Counted from the first letter of the stretch, positions 38,999-52,382 are shown. The stretch: 64,000 nucleotides of DNA from Octopus sinensis (GCF_006345805.1 NC_042997.1:153636001-153700000); one strand, 5' to 3'. Numbers and translations are program-made. The notes: generated by a model not told the origin, from the letters alone.

Positions 38999-40497
38999 GA
39001 AAGCCTTCTTACTTCTGTTGAGTGCTTATATGCTCCTTTATTAGACTATTTTCCTTAATCATTTCACAGTGTTCGTGATAAGCTTTGAGCTTACATTAAA
39101 AATACCATTATTATTACGATGCCGTAATAAAAAAAAAACTATTCGCACCGAAAGTAGGCAGGTAGATTGATTGTGAAAATAGACTTTGGGATTTCACCAA
39201 CCAGGAAGAACATACGAATCGACTAAATGAATTTGCTTTAAAGGCATGATCAGGATTCAGTTACTTTCCTCTGGTTGCTTGATGCCAAATTTCTGCTATC
39301 TAGGTCTGAAACTGTGAAATTAGAGCATATATACACTCGTTTACTTTTATATGTCAATATGTAAACAGGATTGGGCTAAACTAGACCGTTTGACAAAGTA
39401 ATTCAAATTTGGTCGTGCGCCATTAATTATGTGGCTTACCAATACAGCGTATTGGAGATACAATTCATTAGCAGATAAATAAACACATATTTAAGAAATA
39501 TATATGTTTGGTCTCGCCGTAAAAATAGACCAGGTATTTTAATCGATGTTTATTTTGTTCCATAATGTGTTGCTTATCTACGTTCTCTCGGCAACTAGAG
39601 GGAAAATAAGTAAATCGTGACGTTGCTTCTTCTCTATCTACATAGAGATATACTAACGCGTGTGTGCGAGTGTACGTGTTTAAGTTTGGGGCGGGAGTTA
39701 GTTTTGACTAGAATTGCAAACTTCGTTTTTGACTAGATCTTCAAGTTTAATCAACCAGAAGTTGACTGAGCCGTCAGCCGAAGCTCACTGTCCCAGTCAA
39801 AACTAGTTGTATAATAAATTTTACTCCAATTTAGTATTGAGTCTCCTCGTCAGTAAATATTCTGTTGTTACTCTTTAAATTTCTTTAGAATAATAACCTC
39901 AAAATTAACACACATGCACATACATATGTTGTACATGATAAAGCAAACGGTTTAGATTTTCGGTTATAAAATAAACTTTAGACACAATCAATCATTCTAC
40001 AAGTAAAAATCCAAAATCCAAAATCCAAAATAAATCTTGCACAAAACCGTTTGCAAGAATCAAACCATGAATTTGTTGTAAACTAGTCGACTGTGTCATC
40101 CATTGCACCCAAAAGCTCCCAGCTCAGTTCGTCTGCTGAGATTAAAGCGTATAAAATGCTGCTGCGCAAACCAAATGAGAATCCTTGTTATTTTCGGAGC
40201 ACTTAACTTTAGTCTGCAGAGAGATTATTTCACGTTTCGTTTCCTTAATCATTTAACATGCTTTTCGTAACTGAGATTCTCCGTGCTATTGCGATTGAAA
40301 CAATCACAAGCATACTAAATTCTAGTTGTAGAAGAAAAATCAGGTAAAAATTTTCCATTATAAAATAAACTTTAAATTAAATTTGACGCTTTACAAGCAT
40401 AAATCCAGAACAAGAAAAATACGTGGAGAATTTAAATTGTGGAAACTATGTTAAAATGAAAATATAAAACGTGAAAAATTAAATTATCTCTCCACAG

Positions 40498-40551
40498 CTT
40501 AGAGTTAAGTGCTATGAAAATACTGAGGATTCTCGTAAACAGACGAAATGG
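40498..40551 (+). other. Candidate 54-nt cassette exon
   Basis: TTATCTCTCCACAG acceptor and GG|GTAAGT donor; length divisible by 3 with two open frames; no recognisable homology. Confidence 0.25.
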
Positions 40552-40910
40552 GTAAGTAGCTTCTGTAACTGCACTTTATAAGCAATAATATGTGTGATTG
40601 CAGCTCTCTGAGAGTGCTTTGGTACAATGGTTAACACGGCTAAATGATTTACGACAGATTCGGAGATCGGTTCACGCGTGTGGGTCACCATTATATACCT
40701 GTGCATATTTATCCCCATGTCTTGAACACGTAATCGTATGATGATTTAAAATGTATTCCTTATACATATGTATGCATTATGTTCTGTGACTTTGTATTAC
40801 ATTGTATCTGTATATACATATAAGGACGCATGTAATTATATGTGTAGAGAGAAAATGACAAAGTTTTATATATATATATATATATGCCACGTTTGCTTTC
40901 TCACTATATG

Positions 40911-40966
<56 letters not shown>

Positions 40967-41069
40967 TGTGTGTGTGTGTGTGTATACGTATATATCTATA
41001 TATATACATACATACACACACACACACATATATGTGGTGCATGTATATATCTTTATATATAGATATCTT

Positions 41070-41101
<32 letters not shown>

Positions 41102-41328
41102 ATATATATTTACATATATATATCTTTAGCTTTCTCTCTTGTTGATTTTCATATATATATATATATTTATATATGTATATATCTTTATTTACATATATAT
41201 ATATATTTATACATATATATATATTTACATATATATATATATGCATACATATATCTATATATCTATACATATATATATATACATATATCCATATATATAC
41301 ATATATATATACATATATATATACAATG

Positions 41329-41384
<56 letters not shown>

Positions 41385-41465
41385 GTATATATATATATAT
41401 TCATATCTTTATATATATATTATACATACATATATATCTTTACATATATATACATACATATGTAT

Positions 41466-41519
<54 letters not shown>

Positions 41520-42253
41520 CATTAATTCTAAACCTTGCCTTTATCTTTTTTTATTGGATCTGATATTTGGACTTATATACAGAGAGATAGAGAGAAAGGA
41601 AGAGAAGGGAGACTCCTTGATATTTATATTAATATGAATAATTAATTTACATAAATGTAGCTGAACATGACATAAGTTAAAAGAAATATGCTTATGGTAT
41701 TATGCAAAGGATGTTTTCTTAATATATATTTTTCATTGCACATTCAGTTCACGAACACTGTTATGTATTACCAGTGCCATGTATTTCAATATTGCCAACG
41801 TCGTTTGTTTAGCTGTTGTCAGTGTTATATATCTCAGCCCAGTGATAGATTGGCAGAATCATTAGTACATTTCACAAAAGCATCAAGGTCTTTGCTCCAG
41901 CACTTTACGCACCCAATTCAAACCCGGCCAAAATCAACTGTACCTTATATCTTTTCGTGTTTCATGAAATAAAGTACCTGTTAAGATGTGTGTGTGGAGA
42001 GGAGAGAGAGAGAGAGAAAATAAGTTTAAAAAGATCAATTCAAACTTTTTGAGAGATCCGAAAAGCGAGAAAAATGATTTCTAATAAATTCATCATATTC
42101 ATAAAAAAAAACAGCCAGAGTAAGTAATAAGAATATGAAAATAATAGTCGAAAAATATCGTTATAGGTATAAATATACCATAAACAAGTAATAAAAAATG
42201 GAGGAGAAAAAGATGTTGAATCAGAATTAGATTTAATACAAAATTGGATTCAA

Positions 42254-42351
42254 TACATACACACGTTTCAAAAGACAATACAAATATGTAAAAAAAATTA
42301 TAATCATAGTAATTATAATTAAATTTATGCGTTGTCATTCTCATCAGTGTA
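42254..42351 (-). ncRNA. Type I hammerhead ribozyme motif
   Basis: UACA-CUGAUGA-GAAUGACAA...UUGUCUUUU-GAAAC-GUGU-GUA-UGUA. Confidence 0.7.
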
Positions 42352-42470
42352 AGAAATTTTTGGAAAGACATCAAACGAGGTTTAATAAAATAAAATATTA
42401 CCCCATCTGTATTCTCCCATATCGTATCTTATCTTATTAAACATTTTTTGATGTCCTTTCAAAAATTCCT

Positions 42471-42573
42471 CACACTGATGAGAATGACAATGCATGAATC
42501 TAATTATAATTATATAGTATGATTAAAATTTTTTCTTACATATTTGTATTGTCTTTTGAAATGTGTGTATGTA
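42471..42573 (+). ncRNA. Type I hammerhead ribozyme motif (weaker copy)
   Basis: ACA-CUGAUGA-GAAUGACAAUGC...GUAUUGUCUUUU-GAAAU-GUGU-GUA-UGU. Helix I is only 3 bp. Confidence 0.6.
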
Positions 42574-42690
42574 TTGAATCCAATTTTGTATTAAATCTAA
42601 TTCTGATTCAACATCTTTTTCTCCTCCATTTTTTAATACTTGTTTATGGTATATTTATATCTATAACGATATTTTTCAACGATCATATAT

Positions 42691-42725
<35 letters not shown>

Positions 42726-42727
42726 CT

Positions 42728-42780
<53 letters not shown>

Positions 42781-42926
42781 TTACATATATATATATATAT
42801 CTTTACATATATATATATATATATATGTATATCTTTACATATATAATATATATATATATCTTTACATATATATATATATATATATATATATCTTTACATA
42901 TATATATAATATATATATATATATTT

Positions 42927-42962
<36 letters not shown>

Positions 42963-42979
42963 TATATATCTTTACATAT

Positions 42980-43054
<75 letters not shown>

Positions 43055-43745
43055 GTTAACACTTAAAGTACTAGGTAGTTTTACTATCTTTCTAGGTAAT
43101 TGTGCAAATATTAAAGAAAGTTAAAATGGATTTCATCTTTGAGAACTACAACAAAATTCATGAGAGAAAAAGTATGGAACCCAATGTGCTAACTTTTATA
43201 TGCTTCATGTAATAGTGAAGAGGAAATTGAAATGGGTAAAAAATGATTGTTTGGTACGTTTAGTTTTAAGGACAAGAATCAATGGTAAAAACTTACATCC
43301 TCCCGTCAAAATTGTTAGTCTGAGTTCAAACTGTGACTTAATACGAAATAATATTATATATCTAACTACTCTTAGTATGTTACTTACCATTATGATGGCT
43401 GAGTTGACGATTTTATTTTTCATTTGAATCAGTAGGTAATTCAACTCTCTGTGATTCCAAATTACAAAGGAAAATATGGCAGTGGTAACACGACTGACGG
43501 GAAATTGCAACGCCTCGGCTAGGAAACGAAACTATGATTTCGATTCGATTCCTCGAACGTTTATTTCTTTTCTATTATGTCCTCCTCTGATCAGATAGAA
43601 GTAATACATGCAACAAGAAATACCTTTAGGGCAACAATTGTGGGTTATCTGCTTTTACTTAAATGCAATTACTCACTTACAGGACAATCAAGAAGAGAAA
43701 AGCTTGGAATACTACAGATGATAAACTAAGTTTGCTTACGATTAT

Positions 43746-43890
43746 AGGCACAAGAATGGCTGTGTGGTAAGAAGCTTGCTTCCCAACCACATGGTTCTGG
43801 GCTCAGTCCCACTGCGTGGCACCTTCGGCAAGTGTCTTCTACAATAGCTTCGCGCCGACCAAAGCCTTGTGAGTGGATTTGGTAGACGAA

Positions 43891-43928
<38 letters not shown>

Positions 43929-44358
43929 ATATAATATATAAATATATGCATATATACATACACATATGTACATACCTACATATATATGTATATATATATA
44001 TGTATGTATATATGTATGTATGTGTGTGTATGTATGTATGAATGTATGTATATATGTATGTATGTGTATGTATGTATGTATGTGTATGTATGTATGTATG
44101 TATGTATGTTGTATGTATGTATGTTGTATGTATGTATGTATCTGTGTGTCTGTGTTTGTCCTTTCCCCCACCATCACTTGATAACCAATGTTGGTGTGCT
44201 TACGTCCCCGTAACTTAGCGCTTCTGCGAAAGAGACCGATAGAATAATTACTAGGTTTACAAAGAATAAGTCGTGGGGTGGATTGGTTCGACTATAGGCG
44301 GTTCTCCAGCATAGCCGCAGTCAAATGACTGAAACAAGTAAAAGAATAAAAGAATAAA
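43746..44358 (+). mobile_element. SINE family A with an expanded internal microsatellite
   Basis: Head at 43746-43890, (TA)/(TATG)n, then body and tail 44150-44358. Confidence 0.82.
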
Positions 44359-44634
44359 ATCATTGATGTTCCCTCAGATTGGTTTCGTCTGTTTTCCGGT
44401 TGTTCTAAGTATAGCTATTACAATTTTGTTAACTAGAGAAGAGTAATAACAAATATTGGCTATTGGCGTAATCTTCAGTGAATATGCTGGAATTCTGAGG
44501 GATGTACATAAATGTTTGTAAATCAAAGTAGCTGGGAGTATGTTTTGTACGTAATAAAATTTATTATCGTTTTTTTTTTATATCTTAAAATTTACTTTTG
44601 GCTTTAATTTTTTCTTTTTTCTTTTTTCTTTTAG

Positions 44635-44913
44635 GTTCAAAACGAAATCTACAAAATGTGGCAAAGGTCACAGCTTAGCGAAATTCCTTGCTTTTATTGT
44701 CATTTCTCGTTCTGTAAACGTCATGAATGGAGGCGAAGCCGGAGTTACGATGCTGCTACTAGACCCTCCGACATAAGCACAGTTGTGTCAATGAGTGTGC
44801 TGCAGACACAAGACAAAGAGAGTCCAGTAGGTATGAACTGCATTGACAAACCGCTAAAGGACCTGGAATATCAGCCGATGATGAACACTACAGGGGTCAT
44901 TGAAATTAGCTGA
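44635..44913 (+). CDS. Terminal exon B of a probable class B1 (secretin-family) GPCR, 92-aa C-tail starting VQNEIYKMWQRSQL
   Basis: Very strong polypyrimidine tract plus TTAG acceptor. Phase-0 start matches the conserved N.E|VQ intron position of class B1 receptors. Ser/Thr-rich tail; open to TGA at 44911-44913. Confidence 0.68.
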   Translation, partial: VQNEIYKMWQRSQLSEIPCFYCHFSFCKRHEWRRSRSYDAATRPSDISTVVSMSVLQTQDKESPVGMNCIDKPLKDLEYQPMMNTTGVIEIS

Positions 44914-45339
44914 ATAAACTTACAGCATCAACTGCTCCGGATCTCTGTGTCAACATACCATTTAAAACAAGTACAATTACAACTACTACTATAAATATCA
45001 TCAACAAAGTCATCAACAACAGCAGATACTACTACTACAACTACTACAACTATTACTACTACTACTAATGGAAGTTTAACAGCGGCAATATCAGCATTAT
45101 ATTAGACAAGAACAACCACAAAATCAGTAAAACCATTCGGGAATGACTTCGACAGCAAAAATTATATGCTCGTCATTATATTAAAACAAAATCATCTACA
45201 TTTGGGGGTCGACTCTTGTAAGCCTTAACTGCGTTAAAAGATAAAAACGAAAAACTTACTTGAAGTGAGGCAAAATAATTTTTCTTACAAATTTGAGAAA
45301 AAATTATTTTGTGATATCTTATATTGTACAAAAATCAAC

Positions 45340-45345
45340 AGCAGC

Positions 45346-45431
<86 letters not shown>

Positions 45432-45432
45432 G
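45340..45432 (+). repeat. (AAC)n(AAT)n compound trinucleotide repeat
   Basis: Visible array at the 3' end of the adjacent LINE. Confidence 0.95.
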
Positions 45433-45900
45433 GATTTCATTTATTTGCCGCCGGGGTGAGGGGGAGAATACAAAGACAGTCACAAAGTGTTGGGGTTTAC
45501 ATATAATGAAATGATAGAATAAGTAAATGACAAAAAAAAAGAGTAAGTATACCCGATATACAATGAAAAGGAAGGAAAATATACATAGTATACAAAGGTT
45601 ATAAAAAAAGTAGGGGATGATCGAGATATAGTCCTCCTGATACAGGATGAACTCAGGGTAAATCGAGGAAACCCACTGTCCAAGATTTCTCTGAACATTA
45701 AGGACAAGCACCCTCCCCAATTCCTTTTCTCCGACTGTAAGGTCTACACTTAGAGAGGTACCATCCACTCTTGCCATTTTCGTAACTTTTACCTACCTTT
45801 CAATAAACTCACTCGATGGCTGCACTTCCCTCTCCACCCTCAATCATTTTTTTTTTTTCAAGTGAAACTTGAAGAAGTCATTGAGACCTTTACCAAAGAG
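45433..45900 (-). mobile_element. Tx1/L1-like LINE 3' end
   Basis: FFKFHLK..K...ERE....EFIER*VKVTKMARVDG resembles Tx1 ORF2 C-termini, followed by a T-rich 3' UTR. Confidence 0.5.
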
Positions 45901-47213
45901 GAATGTATCAATAATAATAATGGAAGATTGAGACCTGAAATTATAAATCATAACTTTAAAAATTGCTGAAATAAAGTAAGATTGATCATGGTTGAGTACT
46001 TACTGTAGATTTGGGTGAGGCTAGACACTCATACCACCCACCCCCACACATACACACACAAAAAATCGCGCAATTGGGAACTACTGTTGTACAGTATCAC
46101 CGAAAACGGCACATAGATATTGAACGGAACACACAATCGTGATAAGAAAACACATTCCGGTTAGATATCAAAAAGGCCAATATGATCGTATAATAGGAAT
46201 AGCAACACACTACGCTCCGAAATCGACGGGAACAACATGATTGTGATAACAGAATAAGTAACGACTATTAAGAAAAGTGTCTGCGTTATAAGGAATAGTT
46301 TCAAGCTAACATGGGTCTAACTTTGGGTCAATTTGAAGTCAAGTAACAAAATATTGTAAGCAAATACGAATCAAATGCAAACAGAATTGGTAACAAGAAA
46401 GTAATAGCAGCAAACTACATAGCCAAAATTACAGCAGCGAGAACAACAATAACAATAATAACAGAAATAGCAGCAACAGCGCTTCATAACAACAATCAGA
46501 TCTGCGTGTTACGCAGTGGGGAATAGAATTGGCAGCGCACCTGTCATAACTACACATGCCTCGCGGTATTTAGTTACGTTCTTATTTATTGAGCTCAAAT
46601 CCAGCCGGAGTCAACAATATTATCAAAGAACAACAAAAAGACAAAGAGAAAATTCTTAACAAAACCAAACCAACCACACAAATAAAGCCAAGAAAATTTC
46701 ATTGAGAAATTTCTTCTGAAAAACACGCAAAATGTCACATACATGTTAAGTTGATTGTCTGTCATGTGGAAAAAAATGTCATTTAAATATCTTTAATCGG
46801 TTATTTATCAAATATAATTTAAATTCTATTCAAACATTAAATAAACTATCAAAAAAGAAAGAAAAACTGAAAAGATTCCATTATCATGAACGAGGAAAAC
46901 AAATTGACTAAATAGCTCTAATATTTAGTTTTGAGAAATCTCTGAATCATTATTTCGTCTTTGTTATTTTAATTTTGTTATTCATTCATTTCTGTGTGAG
47001 TGTGTACTGATGAATTATACTTTATTGTTAACGAAATGAAATAAACATGAAACCAGAATAACATAATGTTCGCTGTATGTGTATATATATATATACTTTA
47101 TTTGTGATTTAACAAGGTTACAATTTGTTTCATGTTGAAAGAAATCTCAACAATTATCAAGCTTACCACATGGGACGCTAGTGGCTTCCATCTTGGATGA
47201 AAACAACATGTGC

Positions 47214-47249
<36 letters not shown>

Positions 47250-47289
47250 CATTGCTACATGTCTAATAAGCTGACCTGCTAACTTTTGT

Positions 47290-48084
47290 CATACCAGATT
47301 GGAGGGGACGGCTGTAACGACACTTTGAACATGGTTTACAAAACACACTTAACACAGCTCTCTAGTTTGCAGAAACTTCCGAAATGCTCCAGAACGTGTA
47401 TGGCTTTGATTTTTCCTTGGCACAAGAGTTTCAAGGACAGTAAAGAGGAGGTGAGAGACAGCGAGAGGTGTAGAAGGGATAGGGATGTCCGAACATCAGA
47501 GCTGGCTGAGAAAATTGAAAGGAGTTCAAAACTCTAATTTTCTTAAAGTAGGATCATCTGATTTCAGTGCACATGATTTAGCACTCTAGTCACTTCGTGA
47601 AGCCCCTCCCCATGATAGACCATTGTGTGTCTATATAAACAATAAACATATAGTTCGGAGTTCGAGCGGCAACTGCACACAAAATTATTCATAAAGTTCT
47701 GAACATGCGCAAAATGTATGCAAAGTTTGTTCCCAGGCTGTTCAGTGACGGGCATCCTAGTAACCAACTACTTGACAGAGACGGGCACCAAAACTGTCCC
47801 ACTTTCTCCCCACTGTTCAGACCCTGTTCCCTGTGACCTTTTATTGTTCCCCAAACTGAAGGAGAACCTCAGAGGCAGTCGTTTTGAAGATGGAGTCTGT
47901 GACAATAGTCCTTGACACTTTCACTTGGAAGACTACCATTGGGGACCTCACAGAGTAGCCGGAGAGCTAGAGCATGTGCATTGAAGTCAGAAGATCCTAC
48001 TTTGAAGGAGACTAGAGTTTTGTACTTTGAAATTAATAAATGTCTCTTCTGGAAGAGTCAGAAAACTTTGAAATGCACCTCGTA
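47290..48084 (+). mobile_element. Degenerate mariner (copy 1)
   Basis: WHKSFKDSKEEVRDSERCRR..VRT and PHCSDPVPCDLLLFPKLKENLRGSRFED motifs; right TIR ending GCACCTCG-TA. Confidence 0.8.
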
Positions 48085-48712
48085 TTAGGCTTTCGATTTG
48101 CGTGTTTGCTTACGTTTATGCCACTTACTGGAAATTGCGACATAAGAGCCAAGTATAAGATAAACGAAAGTTGTTACGTTGCTTTGTTATATGAATAAGA
48201 CTTAAATTTCATATACATACTCTGTTTATATAGCGATTGTTATCTTCCAGGTCCGATTAATTAAATTTATGTATTCTGCACGTATAGCAAACATAAGGAT
48301 CCGAATTGATCTAAGTCTTTTGAGCAATACTGAGTAGAGAGAAACTGCGGAGAAACATATTGGATTAATGTGCATTTAATTCAAATGTGCAACTCGTCAT
48401 GTATTATTTGTCAAGCCTATATTCGGTCCGGCAGTTACGATAAGGGTACACCTGACTGCGAAATACTTAGCAACATATCTATTGAACAAGTACATATTTC
48501 ACTTGATCCAACAAATGAATGACCATTGTCAATGTCGACGTAGAATCTATTGTTTATGTGTGTGCGTATATATATGTGTGTGCGTATATATATGTGTGTG
48601 CGTATATATATGTGTGTGTGTAGGTGCAGGTGTGTGTGTTTGTGTGTGTGTGTGTGTGGTGTGTGTGTGTGTCATTGCTACATGTCTAATAAGCTGACCT
48701 GCTAACTTTTGT

Positions 48713-49509
48713 CATACCAGATTGGAGGGGACGGCTGTAACGACACTTTGAACATGGTTTACAAAACACACTTAACACAGCTCTCTAGTTTGCAGAAACT
48801 TCCGAAATGCTCCAGAACGTGTATGGCTTTGATTTTTCCTTGGCACAAGAGTTTCAAGGACAGTAAAGAGGAGGTGAGAGACAGCGAGAGGTGTAGAAGG
48901 GATAGGGATGTCCGAACATCAGAGCTGGCTGAGAAAATTGAAAGGAGTTCAAAACTCTAATTTTCTTTAAAGTAGGATCATCTGATTTCAGTGCACATGA
49001 TTTAGCACTCTAGTCACTTCGTGAAGCCCCTCCCCATGATAGACCATTGTGTGTCTATATAAACAATAAACATATAGTTCGGAGTTCGAGCGGCAACTGC
49101 ACACAAAATTATTCATAAAGTTCTGAACATGCGCAAAATGTATGCAAAGTTTGTTCCCAGGCTGTTCAGTGACGGGCATCCTAGTAACCAACTACTTGAC
49201 AGAGACGGGCACCAAAACTGTCCCACTTTCTCCCCACTGTTCAGACCCTGTTCCCTGTGACCTTTTATTGTTCCCCAAACTGAAGGAGAACCTCAGAGGC
49301 AGTCGTTTTGAAGATGGAGTCTGTGACAATAGTCCTTGACACTTTCACTTTGGAAGACTACCATTGGGGACCTCACAGAGTAGCCGGAGAGCTAGAGCAT
49401 GTGCATTGAAGTCAGAAGATCCTACTTTGAAGGAGACTAGAGTTTTGTACTTTGAAATTAATAAATGTCTCTTCTGGAAGAGTCAGAAAACTTTGAAATG
49501 CACCTCGTA
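48713..49509 (+). mobile_element. Degenerate mariner (copy 2, duplicated)
   Basis: Same sequence as 47290-48084. Confidence 0.8.
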
Positions 49510-50040
49510 TTAGGCTTTCGATTTGCGTGTTTGCTTACGTTTATGCCACTTACTGGAAATTGCGACATAAGAGCCAAGTATAAGATAAACGAAAGTTGTT
49601 ACGTTGCTTTGTTATATGAATAAGACTTAAATTTCATATACATACTCTGTTTATATAGCGATTGTTATCTTCCAGGTCCGATTAATTAAATTTATGTATT
49701 CTGCACGTATAGCAAACATAAGGATCCGAATTGATCTAAGTCTTTTGAGCAATACTGAGTAGAGAGAAACTGCGGAGAAACATATTGGATTAATGTGCAT
49801 TTAATTCAAATGTGCAACTCGTCATGTATTATTTGTCAAGCCTATATTCGGTCCGGCAGTTACGATAAGGGTACACCTGACTGCGAAATACTTAGCAACA
49901 TATCTATTGAACAAGTACATATTTCACTTGATCCAACAAATGAATGACCATTGTCAATGTCGACGTAGAATCTATTGTTTATGTGTGTGCGTATATATAT
50001 GTGTGTGCGTATATATATGTGTGTGTGTAGGTGCAGGTGT

Positions 50041-50076
<36 letters not shown>

Positions 50077-50077
<1 letters not shown>

Positions 50078-50352
50078 GAGGCTCATAGCCTAGTGGTTAG
50101 AGCAGCGGACTCGCGTTCGAGGGATCGCGGGTTCGAATCTCAGACCGGCCGATGTATGTGTTTATGAGCGAAACACCTAAGCTCCACGCGGCTCCGGCAT
50201 AAGGTAATGGCGAACTTCTGTTGACTCTTTCGCCACAACTTTCTCTCACTCTTTCCTCCTATATCTTGCAACTCACCTGCGACGGACCGGTGTCACGTCT
50301 AGGTGGGGAAACCGACCCTTATAAGCCAGGCATGGCTCGAGAAGGAACAAAC
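50077..50352 (+). mobile_element. SINE family D
   Basis: GGAGGCTCATAGCCTAGTGGTTAG A-box and GGTTCGAATCTC B-box. Confidence 0.85.
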
Positions 50353-50611
50353 ACATATATATATAATGAATATTATTATATAATATTCATATAGTAATAT
50401 ATACTCCATTTAAAGCGACTAAACTTAAACAATTGACTTGAGATTATTTCCTCTTCTCAAGAGGAGCTAGTTTTAATTGCGAGCCATTCAGTAATTAAGG
50501 TACTTCTAGGGACGGGGATAATTTTTACAAATCAAGAATTTATGATGTATGGTATTTCATATAGTTGTATTTGTCTACATACATACATACATACACAGTT
50601 AAAGAGTAAAG

Positions 50612-50935
50612 TTCCCCTTCGGTCATAAATGACCATGAGATTGCACCTAGAAAGTTACCCCATCGAGGCACAAGTCAGAGCAAGGTTGTTTTTAGTGAAG
50701 ACTAGCAGTCGCCCATGCATACCAGCTTCCCCTCTCCACACCAACGATGTTATCCAAAGGAAAGGCAAAGGCTGATAAAACTTGGGACCAGTGACGACAC
50801 AACACAGCTGAGTGAATTTGAACAAAGTGAAATAAAGTGTCTTGTTCAAGAACACAACAATCAACCCGGTCCGAGAATCGAACTCACTACCTCATGACTG
50901 TGAACTCGACGCTCTATCTACTGAGGCGTACGCTT
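50612..50935 (-). mobile_element. SINE family C
   Basis: Homologous to 3503-3840. Confidence 0.82.
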
Positions 50936-50974
50936 TCACATGTGTGTGTGTGTGTTGTGTGTGTGTGTGTGCGC

Positions 50975-51039
<65 letters not shown>

Positions 51040-51547
51040 TATTAATTTTTGGGGAAACGATATATAAAAACTTGAGCATTATTAATTTTTAAAAGTTTGA
51101 TGCTGACTGTGATTCGGGCATTGATGACGGCTTGTAAACTTAAACTTAGGAGTTTAATAGAGCAGCACCTATGGATATCAAATGCATTAATATATCTCAC
51201 CAGTTATTCTGGTAACGATATTTCGCCAATGTAGCACACTTTTTCTACGGAGTTTGCGATGGTCTTGAAAACTCATCTATAAAGTTTTCGGCAGCTTTAT
51301 AAACACCTGACGTTTTATCAACACGAATCTTTGAATATTTATTGCCATACGATTTCATAAATTTTTATAACCAGCTTCCAATATTTTTTTTCTTTTTAGC
51401 GTTAATCAATCCATTAAGCTTGATATATTCACTCCAATGCTGACGAACCTCCTCTATCAACAGACGATCATTTATTTTTATTCTATGTAATGTTTGTTTT
51501 GTTTTGTTTCTGGCTTTGGTATGTGCTTTTGTTGCTCTCTCTCCCTC

Positions 51548-51590
<43 letters not shown>

Positions 51591-51674
51591 CTCTCTCTCT
51601 CTACATTTTTTAAACTTCTGTTTTTATTACTTTCAACTAAGAGACTCAACAATTTATCTCTCTGCTTCTTTAAG

Positions 51675-51864
51675 TTATGTACGGCGATTGTTCGAATGTC
51701 AAAACTCTTCAATCACATTTACACCGTCGTCGAGGTTCCTCCAACGATTCGACTGCTCGTACTAATGATAAATACAAACGCGTTCTTTCTCTTTCATTAT
51801 CTTTTCGCTATTACTCACGAAAATATCTGCAGGCTTTTTCGACACTTTCAACGCAAAATACGAG
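51675..51864 (+). other. Candidate CpG-rich exon of unknown identity
   Basis: Pyrimidine tract plus TAAG acceptor, GAG|GTAAGT donor, two open frames, CpG-rich; no family recognised. Confidence 0.25.
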
Positions 51865-52156
51865 GTAAGTAATGCACGCACCAATGAGTTGTTAAAACAA
51901 TTACTGTTAATAAACAGACTCCAACTTAACTGGGCCGTACAATTTTAGTCCACACCGGATAATGTTTTTTCCTAACAATAACAACTCGATGCAAGCTTAG
52001 CAACAGCTGTCAATATCCAGGAAACCCTCCGGGAAATTTCTAGAGTTTTCCATTTGCATTGCTTCTCTTACTCCAACAGTTACAAATTTTTCGGTATTTC
52101 ACATCAAGGATTATCAGATATGTGGCGTGTCTTTGTATGCGTATATAGAGATACAT

Positions 52157-52208
<52 letters not shown>

Positions 52209-52238
52209 GCATATATATGTGTGTGTATTCATATGTAT

Positions 52239-52269
<31 letters not shown>

Positions 52270-52284
52270 GTGTGTGTATGTATG

Positions 52285-52315
<31 letters not shown>

Positions 52316-52326
52316 GTATATACATA

Positions 52327-52371
<45 letters not shown>

Positions 52372-52382
52372 ATATACAATAC

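Larger units (their letters stand above)
42141..42686. mobile_element. ~255-bp diverged inverted repeat with an HHR in each arm
   Basis: 42141-42395 is the reverse complement of 42427-42686, with scattered substitutions; runs into (TA)n. Confidence 0.85.
47230..50072. repeat. Tandem duplication of a ~1423-bp unit bounded by (GT)n
   Basis: CATTGCTACATG at 47250 and 48673; copies nearly identical. Confidence 0.95.

Noticed and set aside
40519-40560. CTGAGGA...GAAA..GTA hammerhead-like words
   Set aside because: No helix I pairing; chance match.
44370-44482. Minus-strand CUGAAGA...GAAAC
   Set aside because: No GUH triplet and poor helix II.
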